A DNA stretch of 64,000 nt from Woeseiaceae bacterium. GTDB taxonomy: Bacteria; Pseudomonadota; Gammaproteobacteria; Steroidobacterales; Woeseiaceae. The DNA is taken from positions 4,670 to 68,669 of the forward strand of contig DAORAN010000012.1 in assembly GCA_035344175.1 (NCBI GenBank), given 5' to 3'. Shown here one piece after another: positions 38,532 through 46,038 of the stretch. The stretch's first letter is position 1. Each line of letters opens with the position of its first letter. The notes under the pieces are model-generated. The model was not told where the DNA came from, did no database searches, and was given only the letters and a program-made list of their open reading frames with translations. The translations under genes were made by a program, and so were the position numbers.

Positions 38532-39245
38532 TTAAGCCAGGTGTGTCTTGAGCCGCGACAATACGGCTTCGCTGCTAAGTCCTGCCGGTAAATCGCCTTC
38601 CAGGCGTTTCAGTAGCTTCCTGCCGAGATCAAGACGAGTTTCGGAATCCAGCGAGTCCCAACGTGCAGTGAGTTCCTGTACGAGTTCGGCTTCCTGTAAA
38701 CCAATTCGGGCACCGTGCATGGCCTCTACCTCTTTCAGGGCGAGTTTTTCATCCGCGGCGTCATAGATGAGGAGGGTGCCCGCAGCCAGGTCACCAAATC
38801 GCAGGTTATTTTCGGTCACCAGTGTCGATGTGAAACCAATCAAATACGCGAATGGCAAGCTGTCAACCAGCCTGAACAGGTTGCGCACGAGATGGGCGCC
38901 AATGCCAGGTGCCTTGCCATCGCGCGCCACGATCCGGATCCCGGCCATACGTTTGCCAGGGGTTCGACCATCCATCAGGATTTCCAGTACCGGGTGATAC
39001 AGCAAATAAATGACCATGGCCGGCAGAGCCACGATATACAGGTAACCGGACAGGGAATCATCCGCAACGCCGGCCCAGGACAGGCTGCCTGCGTAAATCA
39101 GGCTGGCAAGCAGGAACCATGCGAGTGCGATGAGTAGTCGAATATGCCAGTCGATAATGAAGGCATAACTGCGTCCACCCGGGCCGGCCACGTCAAAAAC
39201 GAGATCCGTTCCCGTGATACTCGGGATATTCAGACGATCTTCCAT
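38532..39245 (-). CDS. RDD-family membrane protein
   Basis: RDD-domain pattern: TM helices flanking LMDGRTPGKRMAGIRIVARDG, with a soluble C-terminal tail. Confidence 0.7.
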   Translation of the reverse strand: MEDRLNIPSITGTDLVFDVAGPGGRSYAFIIDWHIRLLIALAWFLLASLIYAGSLSWAGVADDSLSGYLYIVALPAMVIYLLYHPVLEILMDGRTPGKRMAGIRIVARDGKAPGIGAHLVRNLFRLVDSLPFAYLIGFTSTLVTENNLRFGDLAAGTLLIYDAADEKLALKEVEAMHGARIGLQEAELVQELTARWDSLDSETRLDLGRKLLKRLEGDLPAGLSSEAVLSRLKTHLA

Positions 39246-39324
39246 GCTTCAAGTTTAATGATTTTGCGGGCAGGTGGTGCAAAGTAGATCACATCAACTC
39301 AGTGCGGCTTTGCTGTGGCCCTGA

Positions 39325-39638
39325 TCAACTGCCAGTGAACAGAAAGTCCAAGGCGGCAATAATCTCGAGCCGTTCCTTGGCGACTGATTGAACGTGAGTG
39401 CCCAGCGCAGTCAACGGTACGCCAGCAATTTCAGCAATCGACACGACATACGATACGTCGGCGATATCAATTGTGGGATTCAGGTGAGCTATCGGCTGCT
39501 CAAACCGTGCCAAAGGTATCAAAGGAGCGACGATTCGCGTGGCCATTTCATCGAAAGTGGAGCTTGAAGCAGCAGCAGGTAGGGGACATGGCGCTTCGAA
39601 CCGGGATTTGCGTTGCTAACGACGTCGAATTGCTGCAT
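39325..39638 (-). pseudogene. ccdB: ccdB-family toxin gene, frameshifted
   Basis: ATG 39638-39636 overlaps the ccdA stop (TAATG) and encodes MQQFDVVSNANPGSKRHVPYLLLLQ, but that frame stops after 39 codons. The remaining CcdB sequence (SSTFDEMATRIVAPLIPL...IIAALDFLFTGS*) lies in another frame (ORF 39325..39546). Confidence 0.7.
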
Positions 39639-39898
39639 TAGAATTGCCGGAGTCCATCACTGAATACACCATGTTTTGCAACGCGTTCATTGTAGGCATC
39701 AATTGCGGCTTTATTGTCGTCGAGCCACTGATCCTGCCAGCGATGCTTGAGTTCTGTAATCAGCGATTCTTCAAGAAGCTTTGACAAATTCAGATTGTGC
39801 TTGCGAGCGGACGCCAGGAGATCCTGGCTGACAGTTACGTTAACTGCTTTTCGGCGGGCATGATCGGTGGTCCTGGAATCGGCTGCCATGGCGCTCAC
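39638..39898 (-). CDS. ccdA: CcdA-family antitoxin
   Basis: 86 aa. The pattern KAVNVTVSQDLLASARKHNLNLSKLLEESL...WLDDNKAAIDAYNERVAKHGVFSDGLRQF is typical of CcdA. Confidence 0.85.
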   Translation of the reverse strand: MSAMAADSRTTDHARRKAVNVTVSQDLLASARKHNLNLSKLLEESLITELKHRWQDQWLDDNKAAIDAYNERVAKHGVFSDGLRQF

Positions 39899-39929
39899 TC
39901 CTTAATTGTATCGGATTATGGGTTTATTG

Positions 39930-39993
39930 ATGCGCATAGTATGTACGCATAATGTATAGGGATCGTTGGATACATATATGCGTATAATGTATA
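39930..39993 (-). promoter_or_regulatory. AT-rich putative ccd promoter/operator with repeats
   Basis: Palindrome ATGCGCAT (39930-39937). Inverted 8-mers TACGCATA (39944-51) and TATGCGTA (39977-84). 10-nt direct repeat ATAATGTATA at 39949-58 and 39984-93. Located just upstream of ccdA. Confidence 0.35.
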
Positions 39994-40052
39994 TTATGTT
40001 AAATCATATTCGTATGTATGAGCCCGGACAATCCACCGCTTCCGCGCCATGG

Positions 40053-40526
40053 CTACATCCAGCGGCCAGACATTGCTGGTGGACTGCCCGGGTACGAATT
40101 TGCGCTGGCGTAAAGTACCAGATAGGCGGAAGAACATACGAATATGCATACCAGTGGAATGTGTGCATTCCACGGCACGACGACCTCCGTTGCCCGCATG
40201 ACCATGACAAATGCCAGCTCGCCAAAAAAGACCAGCGAATTGAGCAACAAAAAAATGAAAACCTGCCACTGCGGAATGGCTCTCCACATTGCTCGCGCGC
40301 CTTCTGCCCAGCTGTGACCGGCGACAAATCGATAAATGCCAACGACAGCGATTCCGAGCGCAATGGGTGTAATCCCGGCCTGCAAGTACATAAGCATCAG
40401 TAAATCGGTGCCTTCCTGGCCACCGCCCAAAAAGAGGACCATCATCGAAATCAGACAAGTAAGCGACATGATCGCCAATATTGTCAGGGTCAGGTCAGTG
40501 ATCGTGCGCTTCATGGGACTGTCCAC
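40053..40526 (-). CDS. hypothetical 4-TM membrane protein
   Basis: Only the hydrophobic helix pattern supports it. No family recognised, and start and C-terminus are uncertain. Confidence 0.4.
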   Translation of the reverse strand: MDSPMKRTITDLTLTILAIMSLTCLISMMVLFLGGGQEGTDLLMLMYLQAGITPIALGIAVVGIYRFVAGHSWAEGARAMWRAIPQWQVFIFLLLNSLVFFGELAFVMVMRATEVVVPWNAHIPLVCIFVCSSAYLVLYASANSYPGSPPAMSGRWM

Positions 40527-40586
40527 TACCGTGAGTTCAATATCGCCGTGCTTCCAGGATACGACTGCAAATGGGTTGAAAGCCGT

Positions 40587-41153
40587 CTATAGCGGCGCGA
40601 CGCCAAACCACGCTTTATGCAACCAGGTAACCATCAGCACGTAGGCAGCGATACCGATCACGATGAGCAAACCATCGTTGAACCTCGACGGCGGCGCGCC
40701 GGGAACCGGCCGACCGACACGACGGTTCATTGACAGGCGATCCGCAACGGCCCAGACCAGTACGGCGCCGAACAGCACGACGTCTGCCAGGGTGCCGTTG
40801 GCGAGCAGGTGCGCGACGGACCATAACATCACGGCCAGAAGTTGTGGATGGACCGTTGCAGTCTTGATACGACCAGGCAAGTACGGCGCAAAAAACAGGA
40901 TAAAGACGGGCAGCAACAGGATCGATGCGACACGGTGCAGCCACAGCGGCGGTGTATACAACACCACGGGATCCAGACGCGCGGTCCCATAGCCACGGAC
41001 GATCAGGTACAGGCCAACGAGCGACACCAGGCTATAGAACGCCGCCCAGCCGAGCCGACTCTGCGCGGCCACGAGGTCTCGGAACCCGACGGCGACGATC
41101 GACACGGAATGCATGCCGAGAAACAACAGCAAACCAAGTACCAGCAGGGTCAT
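40587..41153 (-). CDS. NnrU-family membrane protein
   Basis: 188 aa. The pattern LLLFLGMHSVSIV...GYGTAR...HPQLLAVMLWSVAHLLANGTLADVVLFG is characteristic of NnrU. Confidence 0.8.
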   Translation of the reverse strand: MTLLVLGLLLFLGMHSVSIVAVGFRDLVAAQSRLGWAAFYSLVSLVGLYLIVRGYGTARLDPVVLYTPPLWLHRVASILLLPVFILFFAPYLPGRIKTATVHPQLLAVMLWSVAHLLANGTLADVVLFGAVLVWAVADRLSMNRRVGRPVPGAPPSRFNDGLLIVIGIAAYVLMVTWLHKAWFGVAPL

Positions 41154-41514
41154 GACTATTCTCCGGTGTTACGCACAGCATGAGTCTACCGTTGCTTGCG
41201 GTGCTGAGTCACGCGTGTGTGCGTGTATGAGGTTAATGGCCGTTGTTGATGTGCTTCTTCGGTTTGTCTCGCGATTTCGGCCGCCAGGTATTGCCATTCA
41301 ACTCCCAGGTATCACCAAACACGTGCAACCCATCTGCCCGCCGAAAAGTACCAAGAACCTGATTGCCTCTTAGCCGAGTCACAACGAGATAGTGGCGAAC
41401 AGATCCTCGAGGAACGGTCGCACCCCGCCCCGGCTAATAACTATTCGTTGGTTGACAAGGCCACTTTTTCGGCCCTTACTTTGGACAAGACCACTCGCAA
41501 TCAGTCGGGCCGCC

Positions 41515-42075
41515 ATGTCCTCGTTGCTCCCCTCTCCTAACACCATGATGGCAAGCATTGTGGCATGCGTGCTGCTGCAGGCATGTAGCAGCGGCAGCGA
41601 CGCCCCACCACCCTCCTTGCCCACGTTTTTTTCCCTTGAGGGCGCGGCCAGCACAAAATCCGGTGAAGAAATGCTCGACTGTCATATCGACTTCATGGTC
41701 GAACTGAGTGGCGAGACACTGCGCAGTGATAGCTTCGTCGAGTACTCCGGCTCTATGGGTGGCCAGGCGGGGCGCAAGATTCTGAACCCCGACGGGTCCG
41801 GCATTTCCCTGGCGGGTGATGCCTTCAGCAATGTTCGTGTACGTCTGACGTACCCGGACATTGTCCTGATTGAATCGATAAACGTGCCGGGGCCTCCGGC
41901 AGACCCGCCGGATTTCTGGACTGAATTACTTGAGCTCAACGGCCGCCTGGGTCCGAAAGAGCTGATATCGGGCGATTGGCTGTGTGCGCCCTTTTTTACA
42001 GAAATCGGCGGCATCGACGACAGTTTTCTCTTCGCCGATGGCAGCTGGTTTACAACGCCGCTAAGCAACCCATAA
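41515..42075 (+). CDS. hypothetical lipoprotein
   Basis: Lipobox VLLQAC-SSGS after a short hydrophobic stretch. Start is ATG 41515 or 41545. The 41392 start in the ORF track gives an implausible Arg-rich extension. Confidence 0.5.
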   Translation: MSSLLPSPNTMMASIVACVLLQACSSGSDAPPPSLPTFFSLEGAASTKSGEEMLDCHIDFMVELSGETLRSDSFVEYSGSMGGQAGRKILNPDGSGISLAGDAFSNVRVRLTYPDIVLIESINVPGPPADPPDFWTELLELNGRLGPKELISGDWLCAPFFTEIGGIDDSFLFADGSWFTTPLSNP

Positions 42076-42278
42076 GAAATCCGCCTAGTTTCCGGAGCCA
42101 GGTAGTTCTCGTTTTGTGCGAGCCGAAATCGTTCCGAGTCTGGCCGCGAAAATGTCGTCGTGGCAAGGTGATAAAATGGTGCTCGTGATACGATCCTGAC
42201 ATCGTTTGAGTAAATGGTGGCAATTTCTCGGGAACAGCCATCGTAAATTCGTCGGACTCCAAAACTTAAGGCTTCATT

Positions 42279-42833
42279 ATGACTTTTTTCTTCTCGTTAA
42301 CACAGGCTCGTACAATTGGACCGGTTCTGGCAGCTCTATGGTTCTTGCCTTGTACGGTTTTTGGGCAGACGAACGCCCCATTTGAAGGTACGGAACAATC
42401 TGCATATTTTGATTTCTGGCCTGGCGTCTGGCATGAGATTGTCGACGGACAACCTGACCCATCTGCAACAACATTCGTGGTTCGGCGCGGCGTTCATCCG
42501 GCAGCATACGTGGAGGAGTGGACACAGGTGGATGACGGTATCGCACGCAAATCGTTCGCAATTCGCGCGTGGGATCAGATAAACGATCGTTGGCAATTTA
42601 CCTGGATCAGTGAAAATGCTTTATATCAAAACTGGGATACGGAACGGGTTGGTGACGACTGGTATATCGTCAAAGAGTGGAATATTGATGGAAAGGTTTT
42701 CCTGACACGTCAAGCATGGATAGCCGATGGCCCAAATAGTCTCACTCGCGTGTTCGAACGGTCGTTCGACAATAGGGCGTCATGGGAACTGGTGTCTAAG
42801 ACAAAATTTCAGCGAGTTGGTGATCACAAATAA
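42279..42833 (+). CDS. hypothetical secreted protein
   Basis: Signal peptide (LAALWFLPCTVFG-QT) and a Trp-rich ~160-aa mature domain. No family recognised. Confidence 0.5.
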   Translation: MTFFFSLTQARTIGPVLAALWFLPCTVFGQTNAPFEGTEQSAYFDFWPGVWHEIVDGQPDPSATTFVVRRGVHPAAYVEEWTQVDDGIARKSFAIRAWDQINDRWQFTWISENALYQNWDTERVGDDWYIVKEWNIDGKVFLTRQAWIADGPNSLTRVFERSFDNRASWELVSKTKFQRVGDHK

Positions 42834-42920
42834 TTGACATTTATTGGCAGGCATTGTCATTCGGACAGTTTGCCGCGCCGTCACGCGCTGTTGATCACAA
42901 ACACGACGTTCGCGCATATA

Positions 42921-43359
42921 TTAATAAAGCGTTAGCCAACCGAATTGGGTTGATCCTGTCCGGGCCAGTTCTCGAATATTAGCCGCTCCAGTGCGTGGCT
43001 CAGGTCGCTGAATGCCGCATTCTTGCCACCTTGTCGCCGTTGCGAATTGTCGGTACCACATTGGCTCGTCGCTGCGAACGGACCAGTCAACGGCGAATTC
43101 TTGCGAGAAGTTCCTTCGATCCGAAGGGTTTACACGCATAGTCATCGGCTCCACTCTTCAGGCCTTCAACAATTTCTGCTGCAGTTGACTCCGCCGTCAG
43201 CATGACTATCGGTGTACCAGAGTCTCGACGTATTGCCTTGCAAACACTCAGGTCGTCGACATCCGGCAGTAGCAGGTCAAGCAACACCAGGTCGAACTTG
43301 TTTCGGGCGAACAGCAACCCTCCGTCCCGTCCGTTAGTAGTACCACCTGCGAATTCCAT
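42921..43359 (-). pseudogene. decayed OmpR-type response regulator
   Basis: ORF 43087..43359 holds only the distal receiver domain (KFDLVLLDLLLPDVDDLSVCKAIR...PIVMLTA...GADDYACKPFGSKELLARIRR*). An in-frame stop sits just before its ATG and the phospho-acceptor N-terminus is missing. Downstream wHTH-like fragments are scattered over three frames. Confidence 0.6.
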
Positions 43360-43517
43360 AGCTCAGTACATCGTTGACCAGTCAGGATAATACCGGCCTG
43401 GTTTCACGATCGTATCAAGAATTCCGCACCAATTTGGCCCGCAGGCGGCACAGCACGAACCGCCATCTGGCGGCCCGCATGGGTCGTCTGGTTATCTGCG
43501 TTGCGCGCAACTTCGCA

Positions 43518-44297
43518 TCAGAATGGAAGCATCAGGGTGAGTACCAGACGGTCATTCACCGTGGATTCGTAGAAAAGCGTTTCTGCGCCGTTGGACGTCG
43601 CAAAGTAGCTGAGTTGCCAGTCAATTGATTTCAGCGTCCCGGCTACGGATAGTTCAGCAAAGTAATACGAAAACCCGTACGCATTGCGTAGATTATAGTA
43701 CCCAAGCTCAACGCCCAGATTCAGCTGGCGTGCGATCTCCAAGCCGCTTGCAAGAGAAACGTAGGTACCGCTTGCGGCACTTCCGAAGACGTTCTCGCTG
43801 TAGGCCACGGTCACCTGGTGCTGCTCGTCAAGGCTCAGAGAAGCTTGCCATTCAAGGTAATCGTAGTCGAATCCCTCATTCGTGCCTGGGAATGTATACA
43901 CAATTGCGCTCAGATCCGCAGTTAGATGATCATTGATTGATAGTGCATAGCCGATGCCGGCATCCACCTCAACTCTTGCGCCATCATCCACGGCGCCCGC
44001 GTCTGTGAAATCGACATTAGAAGCCCACAAAAACGCGTACCAACCGTTGTTATACTCCAATGACATCTCAGCCTGAATTGTAGGACCGGACAGCGTTTGC
44101 GACACACCGCGAAACATATAATCGGTCGCAATCGTGACCTGGCCGCTCGCCTCACCTTCAGCTACCGCCGGATTGATTAACGAACAGTAAAGCGCCAGTA
44201 GCACTAACACGGGTCTTGCCAAGGCACACCGGACACGTCGTTTGGCCGCGTCAGCACCTGCCAATGCAGATATCCTTTTCCTGCCCCCTCGGTTCAT
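43518..44297 (-). CDS. TorF-family (TIGR02001-like) outer-membrane beta-barrel protein
   Basis: Signal peptide, then VTIATDYMFRGVSQTLSGPTIQAEMSLEY and alternating beta-strand pattern ending in LTLMLPF. Confidence 0.7.
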   Translation of the reverse strand: MNRGGRKRISALAGADAAKRRVRCALARPVLVLLALYCSLINPAVAEGEASGQVTIATDYMFRGVSQTLSGPTIQAEMSLEYNNGWYAFLWASNVDFTDAGAVDDGARVEVDAGIGYALSINDHLTADLSAIVYTFPGTNEGFDYDYLEWQASLSLDEQHQVTVAYSENVFGSAASGTYVSLASGLEIARQLNLGVELGYYNLRNAYGFSYYFAELSVAGTLKSIDWQLSYFATSNGAETLFYESTVNDRLVLTLMLPF

Positions 44298-44435
44298 AAC
44301 TACTCAAACAGAAACCGAGCGGAAAGCGGCTCATAATCGCGTGAAAGTGAGCTGCAGCGATGCAAAGCTCGAAATGAGCCGAAAAGCAGCCGAATCCGGT
44401 TTATTTAATCAGGAGAAAATTCACAGGCCGGACGT

Positions 44436-45368
44436 GTGACCGCAGGGTTCGTTGATAACTGGGTCTTTTTATCGCTATTTGCCGCCGCTGCCTGGGGTTT
44501 ATCGTGCGTCATTGACGTGGGGTTTGTCAGCGCAGGGGTCTATCGTGTGCCATCAGATGGAGTAATGGTTGCAGGTCTCTTTTGTCTGCTACCGCTCTTT
44601 GTGATGGCACAATTTGCGAATGCGCTTGACCTCGATTTCCTGTTAGTCGGGGTTGGCCTGCTGTCGGGTCTGGCATTCCTTTTGCACATCTATCTGTATT
44701 TCAAAGCGCTCTTCTTTCTCCGCGATGCGGTCAACGCAGAGATATTCAACGCCCTCAGTGTGCTTTTCGTGCCGACATTCGCTTTTATCTTTCTCGGGGA
44801 GCGACTCAGTGGCCTGCACTACGCAGCAATAGCGATCGCGGTCGCTGGCATCATAGTACTAATCGGGTTTCAGGTCGCGCGATTGTCATGGCAGGTTGTA
44901 GCATGCCTGCTTGCCTCGGTCATCGCCGCGTCATTGATGATGGTCATGCAGGCCTGGGTACTGCAGCGCACGAACTATGCATCGGCTGTTTGCATGTTTT
45001 CGTTCAGCGCATTTGCGACCTCGCTGATAATGGTTGGTGTACAAAAAGAACGCAGGCATCGCGTTGCCAAGATGTTTCGTCAATTTGTTCCATTGTTTGT
45101 GGCAGTTCAACTGCTCGAAGTCTTGGCCGTGCTGGCATCGCAACGCGCCACGAAATCTGGGCCATCTGTATCATTTGTTGCCTTGCTGGAAAGTACGCTG
45201 CCGCTGTTTGTCCTCGTGTTCAGCTGGGTATCGGCGCTTGCGGTCAAATACTGGTTGCCACTGCGATTCATACAACTCCGTTCAACACTGAAATTACAAA
45301 CCGTCGCGACACCATCAAAGGTCCTATCAATGCTGCTGATCGTGGTCGCAATCGTCATGGTGCAATAA
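44436..45368 (+). CDS. EamA/DMT-like membrane protein
   Basis: GTG start, ~10 TM helices, and EamA-type end motif FLGERLSGLHYAAIAIAVAGIIVLI. Confidence 0.6.
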   Translation: MTAGFVDNWVFLSLFAAAAWGLSCVIDVGFVSAGVYRVPSDGVMVAGLFCLLPLFVMAQFANALDLDFLLVGVGLLSGLAFLLHIYLYFKALFFLRDAVNAEIFNALSVLFVPTFAFIFLGERLSGLHYAAIAIAVAGIIVLIGFQVARLSWQVVACLLASVIAASLMMVMQAWVLQRTNYASAVCMFSFSAFATSLIMVGVQKERRHRVAKMFRQFVPLFVAVQLLEVLAVLASQRATKSGPSVSFVALLESTLPLFVLVFSWVSALAVKYWLPLRFIQLRSTLKLQTVATPSKVLSMLLIVVAIVMVQ

Positions 45369-45444
45369 TTGCAATCAGATATACTTGTTTCTCAGGGTAC
45401 GTTGCCAGCTTTCTGCTGGTACCCGTGGCGGGAGACAATGACTC

Positions 45445-46038
45445 GTGGGTGGCGTCGGCGACATCACGCGTTTACTTCAGGAGGCGTCGGCCGGCAGCCG
45501 GCGGGCGAGCGACGCGCTGTTCGAATCTGTGTACCTGGAGCTGCGCAAGATTGCGAAGGCGCAACGTCGCCGCTGGAGCGGCAACGAGACTCTCAATACG
45601 ACGGCCCTGATCAACGAAGCGTACGTCAGGCTGGCCGCGCAGGATTTGGCCAACTACCAGGACCGTGCGCATTTCTTTGCGACGGCATCGAAGGCCATGC
45701 GCCAGGTACTCATCAACTACGCCGAACGCTACACGGCTGCGAAACGTGGCGGCAACGCACTTCGTGTCACCTTGTCCGGATTATCCCTGCAGGATGCGAG
45801 TACGGTCGACGAGTTACTGCTCATTGATTCCCTGCTGAACAAACTTGAGGCCAATAATCCGCGGCGTTGCCGCGTGTTCGAGTGCCGCGTATTCGGTGGC
45901 ATGACTGTAGAGGAAACGGCCACGGCTCTGGACGTTTCCGCCGCTACCGTGAAGCGCGACTGGACAGTAGTCAGCGCGTGGCTATTCAGTGAAATGAAAC
46001 CACTCGGCGACGATACAATCGAGGACTCATCAGGGTGA
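45445..46038 (+). CDS. ECF-type sigma-70 factor (kinase-associated, ECF43/TIGR02999-like)
   Basis: DITRLLQEASAGSRRASDALFESVYLELRKIAKAQ...LNTTALINEAYVRL (region 2) and VFECRVFGGMTVEETATALDVSAATVKRDW (region 4). Confidence 0.85.
   Translation: MGGVGDITRLLQEASAGSRRASDALFESVYLELRKIAKAQRRRWSGNETLNTTALINEAYVRLAAQDLANYQDRAHFFATASKAMRQVLINYAERYTAAKRGGNALRVTLSGLSLQDASTVDELLLIDSLLNKLEANNPRRCRVFECRVFGGMTVEETATALDVSAATVKRDWTVVSAWLFSEMKPLGDDTIEDSSG

Noticed and set aside
39966-40526. Four overlapping ORFs (39966..40403+, 39994..40458-, 40004..40363-, 40053..40526-), considered as possible additional toxin-antitoxin or small-protein genes next to ccdAB.
   Set aside because: Only the 40053..40526 frame gives coherent TM helices. 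The others are Arg/Cys-rich overlaps of it with no motifs.
41154-41654. Minus-strand ORF 41379..41654, plus an adjacent ~50-codon frame ending ...RLRGNQVLGTFRRADGLHVFGDTWELNGNTWRPKSRDKPKKHINNGH* (about 41240-41390). Together they might be a frameshifted ~105-aa gene.
   Set aside because: No family recognised. The upstream half overlaps the better-supported lipoprotein gene on the opposite strand, and neither piece has a convincing start. It may be a gene remnant, but I cannot support calling it.
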